A stretch of DNA of 64,000 nucleotides, taken from NCBI RefSeq assembly GCF_009914755.1, contig NC_060928.1. One strand, given 5' to 3'. The DNA comes from the human T2T-CHM13v2.0 reference genome, Homo sapiens. A program made the translations under genes and the position numbers. How positions within the stretch are numbered: position 1 is the first letter of the stretch; each line of letters starts with the position of its first letter. The notes under the pieces are model-generated. The model had not been told where the DNA came from. It saw only the letters and a program-made list of their open reading frames with translations, and did not search any database. This document shows positions 1-27,635 of the stretch, piece by piece.

Positions 1-745
<745 letters not shown>

Positions 746-854
746 TAAAAATGGTATATTTGTTCATTCTGACCTTTGTCTTGAACTGTTTTAGTCCCAT
801 ATTCAATCATATCATGGCTATCTCCTGATTTTTAAAAAGTATCCTATCTTAAAA

Positions 855-1397
<543 letters not shown>

Positions 1398-1769
1398 TGA
1401 AAATTTTCAATCAATGATCGTCTATTGAGTGCCTATATGAGTTATGCATTGGAGCACTAACATAAGAAAGCATTCCTTTCCTGCTCTTAAGGCATTTCAA
1501 GAGAGGGAGAGACATATACACATATTACTGAATTTTGCAATGTAATTTTATTTCAATATGTGCAGTTTTCAGAGGTTCAGAAACACCTGCCTAAAATCAT
1601 GATTAAGAGAATCTTAAAGCTGGAAGCAGGACTCTTCTCTCAAGAAAATCATGAGGAACCAAAGCTTTCTCAAATTCCATCTTTTCTCAAGGAATATTAA
1701 AATATTTTATTCTGGCAAACTTTTTACAGATACACGTTTCATTCATTTTCAACATTATGAAAAAGAATG

Positions 1770-2451
1770 TGTGATCTGAGAGACCAGAACAGATGCCTCT
1801 TTATCAACTAAGATGGCCCACAAGGTTAAGGAAATAAAAATTATTATGGTGTCAAGGGCTCAGGGCTCAGTTGGCATGACAACTTCCTAAATTCCTACCC
1901 CTAGAAGAAAAAGCACACTCTTGCTAAATTCCATAACAACAGGAGCTATCACAGCCCTCCTGACCTTGATTTACATCCCACACCACTACAACTCTGATTG
2001 AGCAGAGGACTAACCTTACAAACCTTCTTTTCTGAAAAGCAACTACAGACCTTAAGCCAGTTTCTGCCAGCTTATAGAGGCTGCTCATGAACTGTGTCTG
2101 TGCCCTGTAGTTCACTTTTGATATAGAGCCAAACTCCACCTTATTTTAATGCTAAAACCCCACCCCAAAGTGAACATGGGAAGTATGTTACATATATGTT
2201 TGCCCATTGCACATGTGCTTGACTACCTTCATACATATGTATAGCTTTCCCCCCAAAACCTGCTGAATATGTATTACTTTACTGTGTGATACACGCCCTG
2301 GGAGGCCTAAAACCCAGCCTGCCCTTTCCCTCTTCGAAGAAAGAGCACCTTCAGTCCACTTCAGAGACTCTCTTCCCAATTCGCAAACTGATATCACCAA
2401 TAAAACTCTCCTTTCTAATATTTAGCCATCCTGATGGTCTTTTGGACAACA
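1770..2451 (+). mobile_element. Solo ERV1 LTR (MER39/MER4-group-like)
   Basis: TG...CA termini; AATAAA at 2399; flanks AATG/GATG; resembles remembered MER4-group LTRs. Confidence 0.75.
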
Positions 2452-2904
2452 GATGGAAGCATATTACTTATACCCACAATTAATGCCACTAACTAAAAGT
2501 GCCAGGTTGTGAGTGAGGTGTGACATGCTTAGGGCTCCCTGGTGGCTCCAGAGGACAGACCACAAAATGATATCTGTGCTTCTGGGTTACACAGTGGGGA
2601 CATCAGGATGTGACATTTTTGCACACAAATTCTCCATGCTACTTTTAAGAGAAAGACATAAGTGACAAGTTGATTATCAGGGATTATGATTTTTAAAGAG
2701 AAATGATCAGGATTTGCCATAGGTACAGTGGCCATATTTTCAACTAAAAATTCAGGTCAGATAGTTTGGCAAGTAGTACATATATATTGTAAGAATAAAA
2801 CCAAATTTTTTAAATTTCAAGACTCCTGGTCTGCACAAAGATCAAGAGAATCAGCCCAATATAATATATCTTCTATACCTAGATTACAATGATAGTGATA
2901 CTCA

Positions 2905-3130
2905 CAGTAATGTCTAACACTAGAGTAATTCTCATTGTGTGCCTGGCAGTTTTCATTTAATCTTAAGAAGTAGGTATACCTGTATTATCCCCATTTTACA
3001 AATGAGAAAACAAACACAGAAACAAGGTAACTTATCCCAGCTCACACAGCAATAAGCAGCTGAGCTATGATTTGAAGAAAGGCACCCAGGTCTAAAGTCT
3101 ATATTCTTAAACAGTATGCCACAGTGCCTT
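2905..3130 (-). mobile_element. MIR
   Basis: Core ATTATCCCCATTTTACAAATGAGAAAAC...GGTAACTTATCCCAGCTCACACAGC. Confidence 0.8.
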
Positions 3131-3157
3131 TCATAATGAAATGAAGCTAAGATACTA

Positions 3158-4022
<865 letters not shown>

Positions 4023-4107
4023 GACAATTTTTTTTAGGAGAACAAAAACAAAGTGAGTTCTACTTGCTACTTTAAAGCACCACATGTGAATATTCAATGA
4101 TGTTTCA

Positions 4108-6705
<2,598 letters not shown>

Positions 6706-7175
6706 AAATTGGAAACTAGGGAGGTACTAAAAATGAAGTCTATTATTTTTCTTAACCAAATGAAATGTTTCAGTTTATCATTTTTAAGAGAATTTCTCTC
6801 TTGCCTTCTTTTGGTCCCTCCTTGGGATCTCAAAGATGCATATTTAAGATGTCTTTTGAAAACAATGCAGCTGAAGAAATTTCCTCTTCTTTTAGTGCAA
6901 TTTTACAAAAATTAAAATGAATAGCACAAACGACTCAACTCCAAATGCATTTTCATCTACTTACAGTGCTGTCGTTTGTGACACAAGGAACAAGAGTATG
7001 TCAGGGACTCAGAAGATCTGTCAGAACTGGGTACTAACCCACAGCTGTGGGCAGTGGCCCATCCACCAGTGGGCATTCAAATATCTGCCCTGAACTATAC
7101 ATAGTGAAAGGTCCAGAGACCTTCATGCCCTTTGGATGCAAGACACAGAGTACAGATTCAATCATGAACTGACTG

Positions 7176-7309
7176 TCATTTAGATGGAAGAGGTCTTCTC
7201 AAACCGGCTGGCCTTTCCCTCAGGAGAAGCTGAATTTCCTTAGATGTATTTTCTTGACACTTCAGTTTACAAAGACGCTTCACTTCATACTCCCTTTCGA
7301 GTTTGATAG
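7176..7309 (-). CDS. C4orf36: C4orf36 coding exon 3 (S-IKLEREYEVKRLCKLKCQENTSKEIQLLLRERPAGLRRPLPSK*)
   Basis: Acceptor TTCTTTTTCAG|CT; frame open to TGA at 7178-7176; spliced total 117 aa; probable donor CA|GTCAGT 2 nt after the stop, so the last exon probably lies further left. Confidence 0.93.
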
Positions 7310-7536
7310 CTGAAAAAGAAAATACACAAAACAATCTGACATACATTTTTCATCAGGCATAACTAAGTCAAAACTGAATATCATACAGCAAAATCCATAT
7401 GCCTGAATAATAAACAAGATGACAGAGCTACAAAGATAGGAGGTATGGGTGTAAATACACAGATTTAAACATTTCTCTGATAAGCAAATGGCACACTGAA
7501 TTTATAACTTATTAAAGCAGAACTTAAGGAACTTAC

Positions 7537-7691
7537 ATTCTGCAGAAGGGAGCAGTCCATCTTTAATGGTGGTACATTTTGTGAGCTGCACAGAACCACC
7601 AAATGAAATTTCTTCCAAGAAAGGCAACTTGATATTGGCTAGGTTTGTGTACCAGGTCTTTGCAAGCAATGCAATATCCCAAGGTTCCTGT
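7537..7691 (-). CDS. C4orf36: C4orf36 coding exon 2 (QEPWDIALLAKTWYTNLANIKLPFLEEISFGGSVQLTKCTTIKDGLLPSAE)
   Basis: Acceptor TTTTTGCCCCAG|A, donor T|GTAAGT; 155 nt, phases fit both neighbouring exons; lies inside ORF 7502..7738. Confidence 0.95.
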
Positions 7692-8410
7692 CTGGGGCAA
7701 AAATTCATTAATCCATTCAATAAATATTGATTAAGCACCTACTATGTGAGATGTAGAAGACATTAATTCTCAGTTCCATTTGCCACTAGACATTTTGGTT
7801 TATGGGTGGAGGGGGAGATGTTCAGAATTTTCCAGAGTTGTAGTTCCAGACAGGAGAGGGAGATTTATATTAACTAATATAGAGATAATACTGAACAATG
7901 ACCAGAAATTACACCAGGAACTTTGATTCAGCCTCCATGAAGTCAATCCATTCTTTCCATGTAAGAGGATGTAGATAAGAACTGTAAGCTCCAGAGTCTT
8001 TTATAGCTCATAAAAATGTGGTCATATTGAAGAAGGAAAGAAGGGCATAATCATACATTGAGCAGGGTGCTTGGCACAGACTAAGGTTTTGAGTGTGCAA
8101 TCTGGGAATGGGGATGAAATTCCAAACTACAAATTCAAAATAACCACTATGAACCTTTAAAAATTGTTCTCTTTCACCTAATTCTGAAATTTGAAAATAT
8201 CAGCTACATGTTTCTCATCTGCAGTCAATATGAGTTCAGCCTCATATGCATGAAGAAAGTGAAAGACCTGCTTTGGTCCAAGCAGGGGAAGTGACCATAT
8301 TACACCAGCCACCCCTTTGTTTACCTGTTCCACCTTCCCCATCCTTTATCATCTAACTTTCAGGAGTGACTTAGAGTCTACAATTATTATAGATGTACCT
8401 GAACAAGTCA

Positions 8411-8784
<374 letters not shown>

Positions 8785-8879
8785 TGGAAATAATCTTAAT
8801 ATCTATCAAGAAGAGCCTGATTAAACAAACTGTAGTACAAACATGTAATGAAAGAATAAGGATTGTGTCGATTTGGAAA

Positions 8880-9750
8880 GATAAGCAATAAAACAGTTAT
8901 TGTTTACATAGCACCTACTACTAGGCACTGTTTTAAGCAATTTACACACATGAACTCATGTAATTACTGCAACAACCATATGAAAGAGGCAGGTGCTACT
9001 ACTATCCTCAGTTTACAGATTAGAAAACTGAAGAGTAGGCTGGGCATGCTGGCTCATGCCTATAATCACAGCACTTTGGGAGGCAGAGGCAGAGGCAGAG
9101 GCAGGAGGATCGCTGGAGGCCAGAAGGCCAAGACCAGCCCAGGTGATGTAATGAGATCTCATCTCCACAAAAAAATCAAAAAATTAGCCGAATGTGGTGG
9201 CACAGGCCTGTGGTTCCAGCTACAAAAGAGGCTGCGGCAGGAGGATCACTTGAGCCCAGGAGGCTAAGGCTGAGACTGCACTGAGGTGATAGAGTGATAC
9301 CCTGTCTTGATAAAAAATAAAGATCTCCAGCCGGGCATGGTGGCTCATGCCTGTAATTCCAGCACTTTGGGAGACCAAGGTGGATCACTTGAGGACAGGA
9401 GTTTGAGACTAGCCTGGGCAACAAAGTGAGACCCCATCTCTACCAAAAATAAAACAAACTCACCGGGCACAGTGGTGTGTGCCTGTGGTCCCAGCTACTC
9501 AGGAGGCTGAGATGGGAGGATCACTCAAGCCCAGGAGGTGCACAACATTCCAGCCTGCGTGACAGTGTGAGACCCTGTCAGGAAAGAAGGAAAGAAGGGA
9601 GGGAGGGAGGGAGGGAGGGAGGGAGGAAGGAAGGAAGGAAGGAAACTGAGGTGCAGAGAACAACTTGCCCAAGGTCACAAAGCCATTGGTTGTGAAGTTG
9701 GGATCTGAACCCAGGAAGTCAGACTCCAGAATTAGTGCTCTTACCTATTA
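8880..9750. mobile_element. MIR (-) split by two AluJ (+, 9038-9322 and 9329-9580) with a (GGGA/GGAA)n tail
   Basis: MIR core resumes at GAAACTGAGGTGCAGAGAACAACTTGCCCAAGGTCACA after the purine tract 9581-9643. Confidence 0.85.
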
Positions 9751-9883
9751 GGCTATACAAGATATATTAGGAAGGGGTGGGCAGAGCAAAGTTCAATATG
9801 ATTCCATGTGTTAAAAAGACATATGTGTGTGTATACATGTGTGTATGTGTCTTGTGTAGCAATGCACATACACAATGCAAATA

Positions 9884-9884
9884 A

Positions 9885-9914
<30 letters not shown>
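9884..9914. repeat. (AAT)n microsatellite
   Basis: Direct reading. Confidence 0.9.
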
Positions 9915-9916
<2 letters not shown>

Positions 9917-10852
9917 CACTTACTATAATGGTACTTGCCCATAGTTCAAGGTCTAAATACGTACTAAACTGACAAAACTAAACAGAATGCAACAGTGAGT
10001 TTTCTCTGAATTTCTTATAGCTCTGGTTTTATAATCCCGTAGGGAATCCTCATTTACTTCACAGAATATTGTTTAAAAGACAAATTCAGCTGATGCCTAA
10101 TCAAACGTTTAAGAAAGGAAAAGACTGCACTACAATACCACAGAGTAAAACTACTGTGTGGTTGCAACACGTGCTCACTATGCGTTCACTGGATGACAGG
10201 CAATGTGCAAGTACTTCACATACACGACTTCATTTATAATCCACACCGCATAGCCAATTGTTATATGCATCTTGCAGATGCAGAGATCAAGGTACGAAGA
10301 AGATGGCCTTAGGGAGCTGGGGGCAGGGCCAGGCTTGGAGCCCACGTCTTCTTGATTGGAAAGCATGTGTTGTCCATCCACTGCCTGCCAAAGTATACAG
10401 GATATAAAAGCGACCCTTTGTACCAGCTAATTAGGTGCTCTGTTAAGATACATCTGACACCAGGGCATTTTTTTGGTAGACGTGGAGTATCTAAACAAAG
10501 TTTTTTTAAAGTTGTGGGTGGAAGCAGAAAATGCTGTCTTGGAACAAAAAGACTCCGAGTCTAGCCTTTGCATTTCCTTACTACAGGACTGTGACTTTGA
10601 TCAAACTTCTCTGAACCTCAGTTTTCTCACTTGAAAGTGTTGTGTTGTAAAGACCAAGTAAGATAATTAACTTATAAAAGCAGTTGCCAAAAAAAAAAAA
10701 AAAAAAAAAAATCAGATCCCAGACACCTCAAAATACTTCACATAGCCCAGTATCTCATGGGGAGCACAGAGTGTCCAGTCCTTTTATTTAACAAAGACAC
10801 TCCCCACCCCAGTCAATGCTTACCCTGATTTAAAAAAAAAAATAGTACTTAC

Positions 10853-10917
10853 ACATTATAACAACTGCCCCGCAAAATGGTTTTCACTGTGTTCTTTCTT
10901 GGCACTCCATACGCCAT
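10853..10917 (-). CDS. C4orf36: C4orf36 coding exon 1 (MAYGVPRKNTVKTILRGSCYN-V)
   Basis: ATG in strong Kozak context (ACCATGG) at 10917; donor GT|GTAAGT at 10853/10852; 21 codons + 2 nt; peptide matches the C4orf36 N-terminus as I recall it. Confidence 0.93.
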
Positions 10918-10990
10918 GGTGAGTTATTACGGTATGATTTCGTTACATAGGTGCCTGATGGAATGTCACAGATAACTCTGTTCACTTTAC
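10918..10990 (-). other. C4orf36: 5'UTR part of the C4orf36 start-codon exon
   Basis: Acceptor ATCATTTCAG|GTAAAG at 10991/10990, 73 nt upstream of the ATG. Confidence 0.75.
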
Positions 10991-11329
10991 CTGAAATGAT
11001 GGCAACGCACCTAATTAATGCCTCTCACGTGAATATTTTGTAGCCAAATAATAGAAAAAAAATTCTGAATGTCAGAAAGTCCTTAATAAGTGTTCATTGA
11101 ACTGGAACCCCAAGTGTAAAACCGTGTTCTCTTTCATTTTTCCATGAACTCATTTTTTCATTTTTTGCCACCGAATAAGGAGAAAATGCCAGGTAAGTTT
11201 CGTCATCCTGAGACAAAGTTTCAGTGTCGCACTCTCTGCCCTTGCCTGAGCCTGCCAAACCAGCTCCAACACCGCTGCGCCAAAATGTGTCTGATCGTGG
11301 CAGTGCTGAGCGACCAAAGGCTCTGCCTG

Positions 11330-12080
11330 CACAGGAACCACCCGCCCCGGCCCGGGCACTTTGAGCAGAGCAATCCTTCCCAGGTTTTCCCTCATTCAAA
11401 ACACTCAGCACCACTCCCGCGTCCCCGCCCTTGCACGCCGATTCGGGGCGAGTCCCCTTCCCTTCCCCGGACGGACGCGCAGGGCCCGGGAGGAACTGGT
11501 TCCCGGGACGGGTGGGGGCCTCGGCCGCCCACAGAGCCCGCGGAGAAGGGAACGGCCTCAGCCTCGGCTCCTTCCCACACCTGGGCCCCACCCTGCCTCC
11601 GACTCGCCAGGAATGCGCTGTGTGCGCGGGGCTTCCAGGGTGGCGGGTCCCCGCGAGCCGGCGCCGGCGGCCTGGTTACCCGGGCTCCAGGGGCTCGGAG
11701 GGTCGCGGCCGGGGTACTGAGGTAAGAGCGCGCTGCGCTAAGCGCACATGGCCGCGCACACGCCTCGGGGCCGCGCCGCAGGCACACGCCTCCTTCCCGC
11801 TCGCCGCGGGCGCCGAGTCTGGGGCTCCTCGCGTCACACGGGAGCCTCAACAAAGGGCTTTGTGGGGCCCTCCCCACCCGCCAGGGAGGGGACGCCGGGC
11901 CCGGGAGACGCGCCCCGCGGGGTCCGCTCTCTGGTAACCGGGCCGGGGCAGGCCGCGCTCTCGGAATCCAGCCAACCAGCCAGAGAGGGCTGTAAGCCAG
12001 ACCTTTCCTGGGAAGGACGCTTTCCAATGTAGGGGGCTGCATCCAAGCGATCTGGACTTCGTTTGGGGGCGCCATTTAAA
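11330..12080. promoter_or_regulatory. CpG island promoter of C4orf36
   Basis: Very high GC and CpG density; GC boxes (CCCCGCCC near 11423); GCGC-rich NRF1-like tracts near 11728-11760; YY1-like CGCCATTT near 12070. Confidence 0.9.
11581..11770 (-). other. C4orf36: Candidate non-coding first exon of C4orf36
   Basis: Donor CCCAG|GTGTGG at 11581/11580 inside the CpG island (alternative CGG|GTAACC near 11680); TSS cannot be fixed from sequence. Confidence 0.5.
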
Positions 12081-12344
12081 GAAATGTACCCAGTCCTGGC
12101 TGCTGACATCTGGGGAACCGAAGCCCTGTTGCCAGCGTTCTCACACTGCAGTGGGTGAAGGCAGTGAGCTCAAAGCCCACGTGTGATATTTTAGGTGTTC
12201 GTGTTCAGAGCAAGACAGCATCAATTTCTAAAGCCGTTATTACGCTGTGGTGATTTCGTATTTCTTCATTTGAATACATCAGATGGCCACCCCTTACAGT
12301 CAAATGAAACGAGCTTACATTTCCATTTTGAGTGAGGGTTTTGA

Positions 12345-13075
<731 letters not shown>

Positions 13076-13259
13076 TCAAAGGTGCTTTTGTGCCTCCCAG
13101 AAACTGGAAGGTGAGGACTGCCACTCGCTCTTCAGCATTTCTGCTCTACCACCAATGAAAAGTGAGCACCGAGGAGTGACAGTGGGTGTTTTCTTTCCAC
13201 AAAGAATGTTGAAACCCTCAATGGACTGTGAGACCAGTGTACTACAGATTTTGGCCTGA

Positions 13260-13597
<338 letters not shown>

Positions 13598-14079
13598 CTT
13601 TGGCCGGAATTTTTAAAAATGAGTTAGCATAGAATGGCGAATAAAATTAGAGTACATCACACAGATAAGTGTAAGAAGGTATTATTTTGTGGCACTTTCA
13701 TTTCTGTTATATACATATATATATACACATATACACATACGTGTGTGTGTGCTCAGGCTCAATGTACAGCCCTTAACAATGGGTCTAAAAAATTTGAAAG
13801 GCACTTTCTTAGGTGATTTTATTTTAGAGATGAAAAAACAGAGACAGAGAAGTTATTTGAGGTTATATCCAGATAGGGGACAAGCCACCTTAGAAGGGAA
13901 GTTCCTCATGGTTCCATGGTAAGTTCTCTTTTTATAGTTGTAGAAATAGGTCTAGGGCCACACCAGAAGAGGTCAAGCCTGTGATTTCTTTATACAGGAA
14001 CTCCATTTCCAGCATATGCATAAAATTCCTGACAATTGTATTTAGTTATTTCCTGTGTGACTCACTGTGAACAAATATG

Positions 14080-14800
14080 GTGGACATTACTGTGTATGAC
14101 TTCTGAGATAAGGTCATAAAAGGTATTGTGGCTTCCTTCTTGCAGTCTCTCTTGGGTCACTCACCCTAGGAGAGACTGGCTGCCATTTGAAAGGACACTC
14201 AAGCTGCCTTATGGAGAAATTCATAAGGAATTGAGGGCTTTTGCCACCAACCATGTGATTAAGCCATCTTGGAAGCAGATGCTTCAAGGCCCAGTCAAGC
14301 CTTCAGATAACTTTAGCCCCAGCTGAGGTCTTGACTTAAACTTCGTGAGAAATTCTGAGCCAGAACCACCCAGCTAAGTCACCCTAGGATTCCTGGCTCT
14401 CAGAAAATATAGGATAATAACTGTTCATCATAGTTGGGCACGGTGGCTCATGCCTGTAATCTCAACACTACGGCAGGCTGAGACAGGAGGATCACTTGAG
14501 CCTGGGAGTTCAAGACCAGCCTGGGCACCATAGTGAGACCCCATCTTTACAGAAAGTAGAAAAAAAACTTAGCTGGATGTGGTGGCACACACCTGTAGCC
14601 CCAACTACTCCAGAGGCTGAGGCAGGAGGATCCCTTGAGCCCAGGAGGTTGAGGCTGCTGTGAGCCATGATCACGACTGCACTCCAGCCTGAGTGGCAGA
14701 ATGAGACCCTGTCTCAATTAAAAAAAAAAATCATTATTTCCTCATTTTAAGCTACCAACTTTTGGGATAATGGTTACACAACAATAGATAGCATTAGACA
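14080..14800 (+). mobile_element. MaLR LTR (MLT1F-like) containing AluJ at 14432-14730
   Basis: CCCAGTCAAGCCTTCAGAT...GAGCCAGAACCACCCAGCTAAG, then TTTTAAGC...CAATAGATA after the Alu. Confidence 0.8.
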
Positions 14801-15325
14801 GCAATAGATACCACTAAATATCTTATTGTAGAAGGAATGTTTTATATAGAGGAAAATGCTCATCTTTTTATAATTAAGATTAATACTAAAATTAAAATGA
14901 ACAGTAAAACACATTACACTTTACAGACATTTGCCATCCAGGACGACTTAAGATCCTTAACATTGTCAACACAAAAAAATACATGGCCTCTGCCACTTCC
15001 CCACATGTATTTTAAAATAATACAATTTTCTAGAAGGTGGATGTCCAAAAGAGATCTGGTTTTTCTCACAATGACTATTTCAGTATATCCTTTTGAAATA
15101 TCAAATTCTTTCTACAATTTCTTCCCCTCTCTCTCCCTCTTTCCCTCTATTTCTATCTCTATCTCTATTGATGTCTCTATACCTATCTCTATTGCTATCT
15201 CTATTCATCTTTTTCCCCCCTGCTTTGCTGGCGTCCTACACACATCTTTCTATTAGGTAAGGCTTCACCCATCTCTTCTATGCCAGAAAGTAAGCAAGTA
15301 TCCTTTTAATTGGTTAAGAGAGCAT

Positions 15326-15342
15326 TGCTGCCACCTAGTGTT
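15326..15342 (-). promoter_or_regulatory. CTCF core motif
   Basis: Minus strand AACACTAGGTGGCAGCA is close to the CTCF consensus CCASYAGRKGGCRS; apparently non-repeat context. Confidence 0.6.
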
Positions 15343-15959
15343 AACACTAAAGCACAAGAAGGAATGCAAAAGATCAACACCTAACACAGAAACAATAATA
15401 GTGTGGTAACTTTACAGTCATTTACTATGTTTTGAGTACTGGTGAATGTATTTCATATACATTGTCTCAATTATCACACAATAAATGCTACTATTAATTT
15501 AGTGGTGGGATTTTAGGAATATTAGAGAAGAAAAAATGGAGGCACCTCAACCACGAATAACTTTTCTAAGGTTACAGGATTTGAACCCAGACTGCCTTAT
15601 TCTAATTTTTGTGCCGTCCTCATCACACTGCACTACATATTCTCCCAGGACTATAATTAGGGCAAGGTTTTAGATTACACATTTGAAAACAGTTACGCAA
15701 CTACCCTTTTCAAATATAATTTCTCATGACATACATGTATATATGTATGTGTATCGTCATTCTCATTTCAAAAAGTGACATTTTCTTTCTTTTAACTTAA
15801 TGTGTAAATCACAAATGCAGCTTACAGTTTTCTAATGACTATTATAAAACTCTCTAGTAATGACACCAATTCTAGGATAACGACAAAACAACACATCTGC
15901 AAAAACTTTAAAATCACCAAATAACGGCCCTAAATATTCTCCACCCTTCTGTACTAGTT

Positions 15960-16880
<921 letters not shown>

Positions 16881-17513
16881 TCCTTTAAGTTCTCTGGATT
16901 CTCTCACCCAGCCACAGTTCCTGTATCCACAAAACTCCCATTGTATCCTTACAAAAACATTCATCCACTCACCCATTTTGGTTGCTCTAGAGTGGGTTTC
17001 TATACCTTAGACACATTATTGCATGACCAAAACAGACAATAATGGCTGCAGCTAGTGGTAGACTTCTCTACTCTTCTTAGAGGCAGAAGTCACAATCTCC
17101 AGGTGCCCTGTTCCTTGGGAGACAAAGCAGGTCAGAATCCATTCTCCTGTTCCAAGATATATAGCATGTGATTTACAGCCTAGGATCCTCTGCAGAGCTG
17201 GAGTAGTGGGAATCCCTGGCTGGTTCTCAGGCTGGCACCACCAAACCTGCATCTGCCACGGAGCAGCTTATACCAGGAAAGCTCAGCCCCTGACAACTAC
17301 ATTTGAATTCCTCCCTCAGGCAAGCACAAAGCATTAGTTCTAAGTATAGGAAAAAAAAGTATTTCCTTACATATCTTAATACATGAGACCTTTAGGCTGT
17401 TACAATGTCACCCTATAAAGTACTAATTAAAGCAAAGGATTTATCTGCTTCAGTTCAATTGAAGTTTCAATTTCATGCTGACTTATAATGTTGCTTTAAA
17501 AGTATATCACAGA

Positions 17514-19245
<1,732 letters not shown>

Positions 19246-19397
19246 ATTTCATGAAACTGGACATGTTCAGAATAATACTTCAAATTCCAGAAAATGCTTT
19301 ACATTTTGCAAAGTGTGAGTCTTTAAAAGAAGACTTGAAACCCCACAAGCAGAGTGTGACAATTAATGACTTTGTAGTAAGTTTCATTAAAAACTAG

Positions 19398-19980
<583 letters not shown>

Positions 19981-20189
19981 TACAAAAAGGCCAGACCCCT
20001 CTTTCTCTGGCCAGGTTGGTTAAGACACACACTCTTGCCCTGACCTTGGCTCCCTCCATGGTTTTGGAATCTAAAGCTGGTGAGTCGAAGAAGCAGGGAG
20101 AGTAGAGAAGCTGCCCCGCCCATGATGCCTGAAATCAGGCTGGACTTCAACACCAGGATAAAGGCATGCCATAGCTAACAGCACAGTGA

Positions 20190-22320
<2,131 letters not shown>

Positions 22321-22629
22321 AAAAAATAAAGAACAGTGAATATCATGAAAGACAAGACAGTGGTTACCTTTGAAGGGAGAGAGGGGGCTGTGATTTGGAA
22401 GGTACATGGTGGCTTCTGACTTGCAGGCAGTGTTCTATTTCTTAACCTGGTTAGCAGCTGAAGAGATAATTGCCTTCTCATTATTTGTTAAACTGTACAT
22501 TTATGTTTATGCATCTTTCCTTGTGTGCTATTTTCACAAGAAAAGGAAGCCTCAAGAATTTTCACATTTCTTCCATGAGGAAAGGGAGATTTATTGCTTT
22601 AAAATATTGTTTATAAAAATGTTGTAAGT

Positions 22630-24150
<1,521 letters not shown>

Positions 24151-24244
24151 GTAAGTTCAATGATTACAGATTCGAAAAGTACACTTGGAGTTCATAATTC
24201 TCCAAAAGAGAAGCTACAAAGCAGCAACATGCCACACGTAGCTG

Positions 24245-26930
<2,686 letters not shown>

Positions 26931-27105
26931 GTTGTCTTGAATGGGCCATGACCTGGAAGATCTGTTTCTGCTAAATCTCATTAAGCTACTTTGGGGGTAT
27001 TTTCATGAGGAAACACAACACAAAGACTCAAGGGAGGAATGAAAAAGAGACAGGGCACTGTTTAAGGACAGGAGTTTGGTAATAACCAAGAATGGTATCA
27101 CATCA

Positions 27106-27397
27106 GGCCAGGTGTGGTGCCTCACACCTGTAATCCTAGCACTTTGGGAGGCCAAGGCGGGTGGATCACTTGAGGCCAGGAGTTCGAGACCAACATGACA
27201 AAACCCCATCTATCCTAAAAATACAAAAAATTAGCCAGGCATGGTAGCGCACGCCTGTAATCCCAGCTGCTCAGGAGGCTGAGGCAGGAGAATTGCTTGA
27301 CCCGAGGAGCAGAGGTTGCAGTGAGCCGAGATCATGCCACTGCACTCCAGCCTGGGTGACTGTGCCTCAGAAAAAAAAAAAAAAGAGAAAAAAAGAA
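27106..27397 (+). mobile_element. AluS
   Basis: Alu consensus; TSD AA(G/A)AATGGT(A/G)TCACATCA-like. Confidence 0.92.
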
Positions 27398-27575
27398 ATG
27401 GTGTCACATCAAATAATTTGTATAAAGTTTCTCCAGTGGGAGGGCCACAACACATTTGCTCCCTACTCATCCTTGCTTTGCCTGCAGAGAGCACAATTTT
27501 TCTTACACATAGATGCTCAATAAGTATCTGTTGAATTGTTTTGAATGTATTCCCCTTTGGAGAACTATACTTTCA

Positions 27576-27580
<5 letters not shown>

Positions 27581-27632
<52 letters not shown>
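27581..27632. repeat. (CA)26 microsatellite
   Basis: Uninterrupted CA run. Confidence 0.97.

Positions 27633-27635
<3 letters not shown>

Noticed and set aside
7686-7693. Tandem acceptor CAG|ACAG| at C4orf36 coding exon 2
   Set aside because: The distal AG shifts the frame by 4 nt; only the proximal AG gives the 117-aa protein, and there is no evidence the other is used.
11094-12109. Overlapping ORFs of up to 227 aa
   Set aside because: Stop-poor GC-rich CpG island; Pro/Gly/Arg/Ala-rich in several frames; no recognisable domain.
14837-15256. 139-aa ORF with an (SI)n stretch
   Set aside because: Driven by low-complexity (CTCTAT)n sequence; no splice or homology support.
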